Origin: the human T2T-CHM13v2.0 reference genome, Homo sapiens
Direction: 5' to 3' (one strand)
Assembly (NCBI RefSeq): GCF_009914755.1
Contig: NC_060931.1
DNA: 64,000 nt
Shown: one piece after another, positions 1 through 12,900 of the stretch
Layout: each line of letters begins with the position of its first letter
Position numbering within the stretch: the stretch's first letter is position 1
Translations under genes and position numbers: made by a program
Notes under the pieces: generated by a model
Told to the model about the DNA's origin: nothing
The model's database searches: none
What the model saw: the letters and a program-made list of their open reading frames with translations, nothing else

Positions 1-3000
1 GCTTCAAAGAGTACTTAAATATCCGCCTGCAGATTCTACAAAAGGAGTGTTTCAAAACTGCTCTAACAAAAGAAAGGTTCAACCTGGGAGTTGAATGCAC
101 ACATCACAAAGAAGTTTCTGAGAATGCTTCTGTCTAGTTTTAATGCGAAGATATTCCCTTTTCCATCATAACCTTCAAAGCGCTCCAAATGTCCATTTGC
201 AGATTTTAGAAACAGAGTGGTTCCAGACTGCTCTATCAAAAGAAATTTTCAACTATGGGAGTAGAATGCACACAACACAAATTCGTTTCTGAGAATGCTT
301 CTGTCTAGTTTTTATGTGAAGATATTTCCTTTTCTACCACAGGCATAAATGTGCTCCAAATATCCACTTGCAGATTCTGAAAAAAGAGTGTTTCAAAACT
401 GCTGTATCAAAAGGAAGGTTCAATTCTGTGAGTTGAATGCACACATCACAAAGTAGTTTCTGAGAATGCTTCTGCCTAATTTTTAGATTTAAGATATTCC
501 CATTTCCAAAGAAGGCTTCAATTTGCTCCAAATATCCACTTGCAGATTGTACAAAAAGAGGGTTTCAAAACTGCTCTATCAACAGGAAGGTTCAACTCTG
601 TGAGATGAATGCACACATCACAAAGTGGTTTCAGAGAATGCTTCTTTCTAGGTTTTAGGTGACGATATTCCCGTTTCCAATGTAGCACTCAAAGAGCTCC
701 AAATATCCTCCTGCAGATTGTGCAAAAAGGGTGTTTCAAAACTGCTCTATCAAAAAGAAGCTTCAACTCTGTGAGTTGAATGCACAAATCACAAAGAAGT
801 TTCTGGGAATACTTCTGTCTATTTTTATGTGACGATACTCCCGTTTCCAAAGAAGGCTTCAAAGCACTCCAAATATCCACCTGCAGATTATAAAGGAAGA
901 GTTTTTCAAAACTGCTCAATCCAAAGGAAGGTTCAGCTCCGTGAGTTCAATGCCCACATCACAAAGAAGTTTCTGAGAATGCTTCTGTCTAGTTTCAAGG
1001 GGAAGATATTCCCGTTTCCAACGAAGGCTTCAAAGCGCTCCAAATATCCACTTGCAGAGTCTACAAAAAGACTGTTTCAAAACTGCTCTATAAAAGTAAG
1101 GTTGTACTTTGTTAGTGGAATGCACCCATCAAAATGAAGTTTCTGAGAACACTTCTGTCTACTTTTCATGTGAAGATATTTCCTTATCCACAATAGTCCC
1201 CAAAGCCCTCAAAATGCCCACTTGAAGATCCCTCAAAAAGACTGTTTCAAAACTACAGTATCAGAACGAAATTTCAACTATGTGAGTAGAATGCACACAT
1301 CACAAAGTAGTTTCTGAGAATGCTTCTGTCTAGTTTTTATATGAAGATATTTCCTTTTCGACCTTAAGCCTCAAAGTGCTGCAATTATGCACTTTCAGAT
1401 TCTTCAAAAAGAGGGTTTCAAAACTGCTCTGGCAAAAGGAAGTTTCAACGCTGTGAGTTGAATGCACACATCACAAAGAAGTTTCTGAGAATGCTTCTGT
1501 CTAATTTTTATGTGAAGATAATCCTGTTTCCCAAGAAGGCTTCAAAGCACCCTAATATCCGCCTCCAGATTCTACAGAAAGAGTGTTTCAAAACTGCTCT
1601 ATCAAAAGGAAGGTTCAACTCTGTGAGTTGAATGCAGACATCATAAAGGAGTTTCTGAGAATGCTTCTGTCTTGTTTTAATGTGAAGATATTTCCTTTCC
1701 AACCGATAGCCTAAAAGAGCTCCAAATGTCCAACTGCAGATTTTTTAAAAAGAATGTTTCAAAACTGCACTATCAAAAGAAAGGTTCAGCTCTGTGAGTT
1801 GAATGCACACATCTCAAAGAAGTTTCTGAGAATGGTTCTGTCTAGTTTTTATGTGAAGGTATTCGCGATTCCAATGAAGTCTTCAAAGCGCTCCAAATAT
1901 CTAAATGCGGATTCTACAAAAAGAGTGATTCAAAAATGGTCTATGAAAAGGAAGGTTCAGCTCTGTGAGTTGAACGCACACATCACAAAAAGTTTCGGAC
2001 AATGCTTCCATTTAGTTTTTGGGTGAAGATATTACCTTTTGAACCACAGCCTTCAAAACGCTCCAAATGTCCACTTGCAGATTCTACAAGAAGATTGTTT
2101 CCAGGCGGCTCTATCAAAAGAAATGTTCAACTATGGGAGTAGAATACACACATCACAAAGTCGTTTCTGAGAATGCTTCTGTCTAGTTTTTATGTGAAGA
2201 TATTTCCTTTTCTACCAGAGGCCTGAAAGCGCTCCAAATATCCAATTGCAGATTCTACAAAAAGAGTGTTTCAAAACTTCTCTATCAAAAGTAAGGGTCT
2301 GCTTTGTGAGTTGAATGTACACATCAAAATGAAGTTTCTGATTATACTTCTGTCTACTTCTTATGGGAAGATATTTCCTTATCCGCAATGGTCCTCAAAG
2401 CCCTCGAAATGCCCACTTGAAGATTCTTCGGAAAGACTGTTTCAAAACTGCTCTATCAAAAGAAAGTTTCAACTTTGTGTGTAGAATGCACACATCACAA
2501 AGTCGTTTCTGAGAATGCTTCTGTCTAGTTTTTATAGGAAGATATTTCCTTTTCTACCATAAGCCTCAAAGCACTGCACATATGAACTGGCAGATTCTTT
2601 AAAAAGAGTGTTTCAAAACTGCTCTATCAAAACTGTTCTATCAACTCTGTGAGATGAATGGACACATCACAAAGATGTTTCTGAGAATGCTTCTGTCTAG
2701 GTTTTAGGTGAAGATATTCTCGTTTCCAAAGAATGCTTCAAAGAGTACTTAAATATCCGCCTGCAGATTCTACAAAAGGAGTGTTTCAAAACTGCTCTAA
2801 CAAAAGAAAGTTTCAACCTGGGAGTTGAATGCACACATCACAAAGAAGTTTCTGAGAATGCTTCTGTCTAGTTTTAATGCGAAGATATTCCCTTTTCCAT
2901 CATAACCTTCAAAGCGCTCCAAATGTCCATTTGCAGATTTTAGAAACAGAGTGTTTCCAGACTGCTCTATCAAAAGAAATTTTCAACTATGGGAGTAGAA

Positions 3001-6000
3001 TGCACACAACACAAATTCGTTTCTGAGAATGCTTCTGTCTAGTTTTTATGTGAAGATATTTCCTTTTCTACCACAGGCATAAATGTGCTCCAAATATCCA
3101 CTTGCAGATTCTAAAAAAAAGAGTGTTTCAAAACTGCTGTATCAAAAGGAAGGTTCAATTCTGTGAGTTGAATGCACACATCACAAAGTAGTTTCTGAGA
3201 ATGCTTCTGCCTAATTTTTAGATTTAAGATATTCCCATTTCCAAAGAAGGCTTCAATTTGCTCCAAATATCCACATGCAGATTGTACAAAAAGAGGGTTT
3301 CAAAACTGCTCTATCAAAAGGAAGGTTCAACTCTGTGAGATGAATGCACACATCACAAAGTGGTTTCAGAGAATGCTTCTTTCTAGGTTTTAGGTGACGA
3401 TATTCCCGTTTCCAATGTAGCACTCAAAGAGCTCCAAATATCCTCCTGCAGATTGTGCAAAAAGGGTGTTTCAAAACTGCTCTATCAAAAAGAAGCTTCA
3501 ACTCTGTGAGTTGAATGCACAAATCACAAAGAAGTTTCTGGGAATACTTCTGTCTATTTTTATGTGACGATACTCCCGTTTCCAAAGAAGGCTTCAAAGC
3601 ACTCCAAATATCCACCTGCAGATTATATAGGAAGAGTTTTTCAAAACTGCTCAATCCAAAGGAAGGTTCAGCTCCGTGAGTTCAATGCCCACATCACAAA
3701 GAAGTTTCTGAGAATGCTTCTGTCTAGTTTCAAGGGGAAGATATTCCCGTTTCCAACGAAGGCTTCAAAGCGCTCCAAATATCCACTTGCAGAGTCTACA
3801 AAAAGACTGTTTCAAAACTGCTCTATAAAAGTAAGGTTGTACTTTGTTAGTTGAATGCACCCATCAAAATGAAGTTTCTGAGAACACTTCTGTCTACTTT
3901 TCATGTGAAGATATTTCCTTATGCACAATAGTCCCCAAAGCCCTCAAAATGCCCACTTGAATATCCCTCAAAAAGACTGTTTCAAAACTGCAGTATCAGA
4001 AGGAAATTTCAACTATGTGAGTAGAATGCACACATCACAAAGTAGTTTCTGAGAATGCTTCTGTCTAGTTTTTATATGAAGATATTTCCTTTTCGACCTT
4101 AAGCCTCAAAGTGCTGCAATTATGCACTTTCAGATTCTTCAAAAAGAGGGTTTCAAAACTGCTCTAGCAAAAGGAAGTTTCAACGCTGTGAGTTGAATGC
4201 ACACATCACAAAGAAGTTTCTGAGAATGCTTCTGTCTAATTTTTATATGAAGATAATCCTGTTTCCCAAGAAGGCTTCAAAGCACCCTAATATCCGCCTC
4301 CAGATTCTACAGAAAGAGTGTTTCAAAACTGCTCTATGAAAAGGAAGGTTCAACTCTGTGAGTTGTATGCAGACATCATAAAGGAGTTTCTGAGAATGCT
4401 TCTGTCTTGTTTTAATGTGAAGATATTTCCTTTTCAACCGATAGCCTAAAAGAGCTCCAAATGTCCAACTGCAGATTTTTTAAAAAGAATGTTTCAAAAC
4501 TGCACTATCAAAAGAAATGTTCAGCTCTGTGAGTTGAATGCACACATCTCAAAGAAGTTTCTGAGAATGGTTCTGTCTAGTTTTTATGTGAAGGTATTCG
4601 CGATTCCAATGAAGACTTCAAAGCGCTCCAAATATCTAAATGCGGATTCTACAAAAAGAGTGATTCAAAACTGGTCTATGAAAAGGAAGGTTCAGCTCTG
4701 TGAGTTGAACGCACACATCACAAAAAGTTTCGGACAATGCTTCCATTTAGTTTTTGGGTGAAGATATTACCTTTTCAACCACAGCCTTCAAAACGCTCCA
4801 AATGTCCACTTGCAGATTCTACAAGAAGATTGTTTCCAGGCGGCTCTATCAAAAGAAATGTTCAACTATGGGAGTAGAATACACACATCACAAAGTCGTT
4901 TCTGAGAATGCTTCTGTCTAGTTTTTATGTGAAGATATTTCCTTTTCTACCAGAGGCCTGAAAGCGCTCCAAACATCCAATTGCAGATTCTACAAAAAGA
5001 GTGTTTCAAAACTTCTCTATCAAAAGTAAGGGTCTGCTTTGTGAGTTGAATGTACACATCAAAATGAAGTTTCTGATTATACTTCTGTCTACTTCTTATG
5101 GGAAGATATTTCCTTATCCGCAATGGTCCTCAAAGCCCTCGAAATGCCCACTTGAAGATTCTTCGGAAAGACTGTTTCAAAACTGCTCTATCAAAAGAAA
5201 GTTTCAACTTTGTGTGTAGAATGCACACATCACAAAGTCGTTTCTGAGAATGCTTCTGTCTAGTTTTTATATGAAGATATTTCCTTTTCTACCATAAGCC
5301 TCAAAGCACTGCACATATGAACTGGCAGATTCTTTAAAAAGAGTGTTTCAAAACTGCTCTATCAAAACTGTTCTATCAACTCTGTGAGATGAATGGACAC
5401 ATCACAAAGATGTTTCTGAGAATGCTTCTGTCTAGGTTTTAGGTGAAGATATTCTCGTTTCCAAAGAATGCTTCAAAGAGTACTTAAATATCCGCCTGCA
5501 GATTCTACAAAAGGAGTGTTTCAAAACTGCTCTAACAAAAGAAAGGTTCAACCTGGGAGTTGAATGCACACATCACAAAGAAGTTTCTGAGAATGCTTCT
5601 GTCTAGTTTTAATGCGAAGATATTCCCTTTTCCATCATAACCTTCAAAGCGCTCCAAATGTCCATTTGCAGATTTTAGAAACAGAGTGTTTCCAGACTGC
5701 TCTATCAAAAGAAATTTTCAACTATGGGAGTAGAATGCACACAACACAAATTCGTTTCTGAGAATGCTTCTGTCTAGTTTTTATGTGAAGATATTTCCTT
5801 TTCTACCACAGGCATAAATGTGCTCCAAATATCCACTTGCAGATTCTAAAAAAAAGAGTGTTTCAAAACTGCTGTATCAAAAGGAAGGTTCAATTCTGTG
5901 AGTTGAATGCACACATCACAAAGTAGTTTCTGAGAATGCTTCTGCCTAATTTTTAGATTTAAGATATTCCCATTTCCAAAGAAGGCTTCAATTTGCTCCA

Positions 6001-9000
6001 AATATCCACTTGCAGATTGTACAAAAAGAGGGTTTCAAAACTGCTCTATCAAAAGGAAGGTTCAACTCTGTGAGATGAATGCACACATCACAAAGTGGTT
6101 TCAGAGAATGCTTCTTTCTAGGTTTTAGGTGACGATATTCCCGTTTCCAATGTAGCACTCAAAGAGCTCCAAATATCCTCCTGCAGATTGTGCAAAAAGG
6201 GTGTTTCAAAACTGCTCTATCAAAAAGAAGCTTCAACTCTGTGAGTTGAATGCACAAATCACAAAGAAGTTTCTGGGAATACTTCTGTCTATTTTTATGT
6301 GACGATACTCCCGTTTCCAAAGAAGGCTTCAAAGCACTCCAAATATCCACCTGCAGATTATAAAGGAAGAGTTTTTCAAAACTGCTCAATCCAAAGGAAG
6401 GTTCAGCTCCGTGAGTTCAATGCCCACATCACAAAGAAGTTTCTGAGAATGCTTCTGTCTAGTTTCAAGGGGAAGATATTCCCGTTTCCAACGAAGGCTT
6501 CAAAGCGCTCCAAATATCCACTTGCAGAGTCTACAAAAAGACTGTTTCAAAACTGCTCTATAAAAGTAAGGTTGTACTTTGTTAGTTGAATGCACCCATC
6601 AAAATGAAGTTTCTGAGAACACTTCTGTCTACTTTTCATGTGAAGATATTTCCTTATCCACAATAGTCCCCAAAGCCCTCAAAATGCCCACTTGAAGATC
6701 CCTCAAAAAGACTGTTTCAAAACTGCAGTATCAGAAGGAAATTTCAACTATGTGAGTAGAATGCACACATCACAAAGTAGTTTCTGAGAATGCTTCTGTC
6801 TAGTTTTTATATGAAGATATTTCCTTTTCGACCTTAAGCCTCAAAGTGCTGCAATTATGCACTTTCAGATTCTTCAAAAAGAGGGTTTCAAAACTGCTCT
6901 AGCAAAAGGAAGTTTCAACGCTGTGAGTTGAATGCACACATCACAAAGAAGTTTCTGAGAATGCTTCTGTCTAATTTTTATGTGAAGATAATCCTGTTTC
7001 CCAAGAAGGCTTCAAAGCACCCTAATATCCGCCTCCAGATTCTACAGAAAGAGTGTTTCAAAACTGCTCTATGAAAAGGAAGGTTCAACTCTGTGAGTTG
7101 TATGCAGACATCATAAAGGAGTTTCTGAGAATGCTTCTGTCTTGTTTTAATGTGAAGATATTTCCTTTTCAACCGATAGCCTAAAAGAGCTCCAAATGTC
7201 CAACTGCAGATTTTTTAAAAAGAATGTTTCAAAACTGCACTATCAAAAGAAAGGTTCAGCTCTGTGAGTTGAATGCACACATCTCAAAGAAGTTTCTGAG
7301 AATGGTTCTGTCTAGTTTTTATGTGAAGGTATTCGCGATTCCAATGAAGTCTTCAAAGCGCTCCAAATATCTAAATGCGGATTCTACAAAAAGAGTGATT
7401 CAAAACTGGTCTATGAAAAGGAAGGTTCAGCTCTGTGAGTTGAACGCACACATCACAAAAAGTTTCGGACAATGCTTCCATTTAGTTTTTGGGTGAAGAT
7501 ATTACCTTTTCAACCACAGCCTTCAAAACGCTCCAAATGTCCACTTGCAGATTCTACAAGAAGATTGTTTCCAGGCGGCTCTATCAAAAGAAATGTTCAA
7601 CTATGGGAGTAGAATACACACATCACAAAGTCGTTTCTGAGAATGCTTCTGTCTAGTTTTTATGTGAAGATATTTCCTTTTCTACCAGAGGCCTGAAAGC
7701 GCTCCAAATATCCAATTGCAGATTCTACAAAAAGAGTGTTTCAAAACTTCTCTATCAAAAGTAAGGGTCTGCTTTGTGAGTTGAATGTACACATCAAAAT
7801 GAAGTTTCTGATTATACTTCTGTCTACTTCTTATGGGAAGATATTTCCTTATCCGCAATGGTCCTCAAAGCCCTCGAAATGCCCACTTGAAGATTCTTCG
7901 GAAAGACTGTTTCAAAACTGCTCTATCAAAAGAAAGTTTCAACTTTGTGTGTAGAATGCACACATCACAAAGTCGTTTCTGAGAATGCTTCTGTCTAGTT
8001 TTTATATGAAGATATTTCCTTTTCTACCATAAGCCTCAAAGCACTGCACATATGAACTGGCAGATTCTTTAAAAAGAGTGTTTCATAACTGCTCTATCTA
8101 AACTGTTCTATCAACTCTGTGAGATGAATGGACACATCACAAAGATGTTTCTGAGAATGCTTCTGTCTAGGTTTTAGGTGAAGATATTCTCGTTTCCAAA
8201 GAATGCTTCAAAGAGTACTTAAATATCCGCCTGCAGATTCTACAAAAGGAGTGTTTCAAAACTGCTCTAACAAAAGAAAGGTTCAACCTGGGAGTTGAAT
8301 GCACACATCACAAAGAAGTTTCTGAGAATGCTTCTGTCTAGTTTTAATGCGAAGATATTCCCTTTTCCATCATAACCTTCAAAGCGCTCCAAATGTCCAT
8401 TTGCAGATTTTAGAAACAGAGTGTTTCCAGACTGCTCTATCAAAAGAAATTTTCCACTATGGGAGTAGAATGCAGACAACACAAATTCGTTTCTGACAAT
8501 GCTTCTGTCTAGTTTTTATGTGAAGATATTTCCTTTTCTACCACAGGCATAAATGTGCTCCAAATATCCACTTGCAGATTCTAAAAAAAAGAGTGTTTCA
8601 AAACTGCTGTATCAAAAGGAAGGTTCAATTCTGTGAGTTGAATGCACACATCACAAAGTAGTTTCTGAGAATGCTTCTGCCTAATTTTTAGATTTAAGAT
8701 ATTCCCGTTTCCAAAGAAGGCTTCAATTTGCTCCAAATATCCACTTGCAGATTGTACAAAAAGAGGGTTTCAAAACTGCTCTATCAAAAGGAAGGTTCAA
8801 CTCTGTGAGATGAATGCACACATCACAAAGTGGTTTCAGAGAATGCTTCTTTCTAGGTTTTAGGTGACGATATTCCCGTTTCCAATGTAGCACTCAAAGA
8901 GCTCCAAATATCCTCCTGCAGATTGTGCAAAAAGGGTGTTTCAAAACTGCTCTATCAAAAAGAAGCTTCAACTCTGTGAGTTGAATGCACAAATCACAAA

Positions 9001-12000
9001 GAAGTTTCTGGGAATACTTCTGTCTATTTTTATGTGACGATACTCCCGTTTCCAAAGAAGGCTTCAAAGCACTCCAAATATCCACCTGCAGATTATAAAG
9101 GAAGAGTTTTTCAAAACTGCTCAATCCAAAGGAAGGTTCAGCTCCGTGAGTTCAATGCCCACATCACAAAGAAGTTTCTGAGAATGCTTCTGTCTAGTTT
9201 CAAGGGGAAGATATTCCCGTTTCCAACGAAGGCTTCAAAGCGCTCCAAATATCCACTTGCAGAGTCTACAAAAAGACTGTTTCACAACTGCTCTATAAAA
9301 GTAAGGTTGTACTTTGTTAGTTGAATGCACCCATCAAAATGAAGTTTCTGAGAACACTTCTGTCTACTTTTCATGTGAAGATATTTCCTTATCCACAATA
9401 GTCCACAAAGCCCTCAAAATGCCCACTTGAAGATCCCTCAAAAAGACTGTTTCAAAACTGCAGTATCAGAAGGAAATTTCAACTATGTGAGTAGAATGCA
9501 CACATCACAAAGTAGTTTCTGAGAATGCTTCTGTCTAGTTTTTATATGAAGATATTTCCTTTTTGACCTTAAGCCTCAAAGTGCTGCAATTATGCACTTT
9601 CAGATTCTTCAAAAAGAGGGTTTCAAAACTGCTCTGGCAAAAGGAAGTTTCAACGCTGTGAGTTGAATGCACACATCACAAAGAAGTTTCTGAGAATGCT
9701 TCTGTCTAATTTTTATGTGAAGATAATCCTGTTTCCCAAGAAGGCTTCAAAGCACCCTAATATCCGCCTCCAGATTCTACAGAAAGAGTGTTTCAAAACT
9801 GCTCTATCAAAAGGAAGGTTCAACTCTGTGTGTTGAATGCAGACATCATAAAGGAGTTTCTGAGAATGCTTCTGTCTTGTTTTAATGTGAAGATATTTCC
9901 TTTTCAACCGATAGCCTAAAAGAGCTCCAAATGTCCAACTGCAGATTTTTTAAAAAGAATGTTTCAAAACTGCACTATCAAAAGAAAGGTTCAGCTCTGT
10001 GAGTTGAATGCACACATCTCAAAGAAGTTTCTGAGAATGGTTCTGTCTAGTTTTTATGTGAAGGTATTCGCGATTCCAATGAAGTCTTCAAAGCGCTCCA
10101 AATATCTAAATGCGGATTCTACAAAAAGAGTGATTCAAAACTGGTCTATGAAAAGGAAGGTTCAGCTCTGTGAGTTGAACGCACACATCACAAAAAGTTT
10201 CGGACAATGCTTCCATTTAGTTTTTGGGTGAAGATATTACCTTTTCAACCACAGCCTTTGAAACGCTCCAAATGTCCACTTGCAGATTCTACAAGAAGAT
10301 TGTTTCCAGGCGGCTCTATCAAAAGAAATGTTCAACTATGGTAGTAGAATACACACATCACAAAGTCGTTTCTGAGAATGCTTCTGTCTAGTTTTTATGT
10401 GAAGATATTTCCTTTTCTACCAGAGGCCTGAAAGCGCTCCAAATATCCAATTGCAGATTCTACAAAAAGAGTGTTTCAAAACTTCTCTATCAAAAGTAAG
10501 GGTCTGCTTTGTGAGTTGAATGTACACATCAAAATGAAGTTTCTGATTATACTTCTGTCTACTTCTTATGGGAAGATATTTCCTTATCCGCAATGGTCCT
10601 CAAAGCCCTCGAAATGCCCACTTGAAGATTCTTCGGAAAGACTGTTTCAAAACTGCTCTATCAAAAGAAAGTTTCAACTTTGTGTGTAGAATGCACACAT
10701 CACAAAGTCGTTTCTGAGAATGCTTCTGTCTAGTTTTTATATGAAGATATTTCCTTTTCTACCATAAGCCTCAAAGCACTGCACATATGAACTGGCAGAT
10801 TCTTTAAAAAGAGTGTTTCAAAACTGCTCTATCAAAACTGTTCTATCAACTCTGTGAGATGAATGGACACATCACAAAGATGTTTCTGAGAATGCTTCTG
10901 TCTAGGTTTTAGGTGAAGATATTCTCGTTTCCAAAGAATGCTTCAAAGAGTACTTAAATATCCGCCTGCAGATTCTACAAAAGGAGTGTTTCAAAACTGC
11001 TCTAACAAAAGAAAGGTTCAACCTGGGAGTTGAATGCACACATCACAAAGAAGTTTCTGAGAATGCTTCTGTCTAGTTTTAATGCGAAGATATTCCCTTT
11101 TCCATCATAACCTTCAAAGCGCTCCAAATGTCCATTTGCAGATTTTAGAAACAGAGTGTTTCCAGACTGCTCTATCAAAAGAAATTTTCAACTATGGGAG
11201 TAGAATGCACACAACACAAATTCGTTTCTGAGAATGCTTCTGTCTAGTTTTTATGTGAAGATATTTCCTTTTCTACCACAGGCATAAATGTGCTCCAAAT
11301 ATCCACTTGCAGATTCTAAAAAAAAGAGTGTTTCAAAACTGCTGTATCAAAAGGAAGGTTCAATTCTGTGAGTTGAATGCACACATCACAAAGTAGTTTC
11401 TGAGAATGCTTCTGCCTAATTTTTAGATTTAAGATATTCCCATTTCCAAAGAAGGCTTCAATTTGCTCCAAATATCCACTTGCAGATTGTACAAAAAGAG
11501 GGTTTCAAAACTGCTCTATCAAAAGGAAGGTTCAACTCTGTGAGATGAATGCACACATCACAAAGTGGTTTCAGAGAATGCTTCTTTCTAGTTTTTAGGT
11601 GACGATATTCCCGTTTCCAATGTAGCACTCAAAGAGCTCCAAATATCCTCCTGCAGATTGTGCAAAAAGGGTGTTTCAAAACTGCTCTATCAAAAAGAAG
11701 CTTCAACTCTGTGAGTTGAATGCACAAATCACAAAGAAGTTTCTGGGAATACTTCTGTCTATTTTTATGTGACGATACTCCCGTTTCCAAAGAAGGCTTC
11801 AAAGCACTCCAAATATCCACCTGCAGATTATAAAGGAAGAGTTTTTCAAAACTGCTCAATCCAAAGGAAGGTTCAGCTCCGTGAGTTCAATGCCCACATC
11901 ACAAAGAAGTTTCTGAGAATGCTTCTGTCTAGTTTCAAGGGGAAGATATTCCCGTTTCCAACGAAGGCTTCAAAGCGCTCCAAATATCCACTTGCAGAGT

Positions 12001-12900
12001 CTACAAAAAGACTGTTTCAAAACTGCTCTATAAAAGTAAGGTTGTACTTTGTTAGTTGAATGCACCCATCAAAATGAAGTTTCTGAGAACACTTCTGTCT
12101 ACTTTTCATGTGAAGATATTTCCTAATCCACAATAGTCCCCAAAGCCCTCAAAATGCCCACTTGAAGATCCCTCAAAAAGACTGTTTCAAAACTGCAGTA
12201 TCAGAAGGAAATTTCAACTATGTGAGTAGAATGCACACATCACAAAGTAGTTTCTGAGAATGCTTCTGTCTAGTTTTTATATGAAGATATTTCCTTTTCT
12301 ACCTTAAGCCTCAAAGTGCTGCAATTATGCACTTTCAGATTCTTCAAAAAGAGGGTTTCAAAACTGCTCTGGCAAAAGGAAGTTTCAACGCTGTGAGTTG
12401 AATGCACACATCACAAAGAAGTTTCTGAGAATGCTTCTGTCTAATTTTTATGTGAAGATAATCCTGTTTCCCAAGAAGGCTTCAAAGCACCCTAATATCC
12501 GCCTCCAGATTCTACAGAAAGAGTGTTTCAAAACTGCTCTATCAAAAGGAAGGTTCAACTCTGTGAGTTGAATGCAGACATCATAAAGGAGTTTCTGAGA
12601 ATGCTTCTGTCTTGTTTTAATGTGAAGATATTTCCTTTTCAACCGATAGCCTAAAAGAGCTCCAAATGTCCAACTGCAGATTTTTTAAAAAGAATGTTTC
12701 AAAGCGGCACTATCAAAAGAAAGGTTCAGCTCTGTGAGTTGAATGCACACATCTCAAAGAAGTTTCTGAGAATGGTTCTGTCTAGTTTTTATGTGAAGGT
12801 ATTCGCGATTCCAATGAAGTCTTCAAAGCGCTCCAAATATCTAAATGCGGATTCTACAAAAAGAGTGATTCAAAACTGGTCTATGAAAAGGAAGGTTCAG
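1..12900 (-). repeat. HOR haplotype A block (units 1-4 and most of unit 5)
   Basis: Shared diagnostic alleles: AAAAGTTTCGGACAATG, TTTTTGGGTGAAG and CCAGGCGGCT (units 1-4), plus GAATGGTTCTG, GTGAAGGTATTCG and GCGGATTCT. Period 2734-2735 bp. Confidence 0.85.
1010..1026 (-). promoter_or_regulatory. Intact CENP-B box, one per HOR unit (also starting at 3745, 6480, 9215, 11950, 14685, 17419, 20153, 22887, 25620, 28354, 31088, 33821, 36555, 39289, 42023, 46809)
   Basis: TCCCGTTTCCAACGAAG is the reverse complement of the CENP-B consensus CTTCGTTGGAAACGGGA. The other six B-type monomers of the unit have a broken core, e.g. TCCCGTTTCCAAAGAAG and TCCCGTTTCCAATGTAG. Confidence 0.93.

Noticed and set aside
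1-2734. Assignment to D17Z1, which is also a 2.7-kb 16-mer
   Set aside because: D17Z1 is a pentamer-based SF3 array rich in CENP-B boxes. This unit has one intact box and an irregular A/B order.
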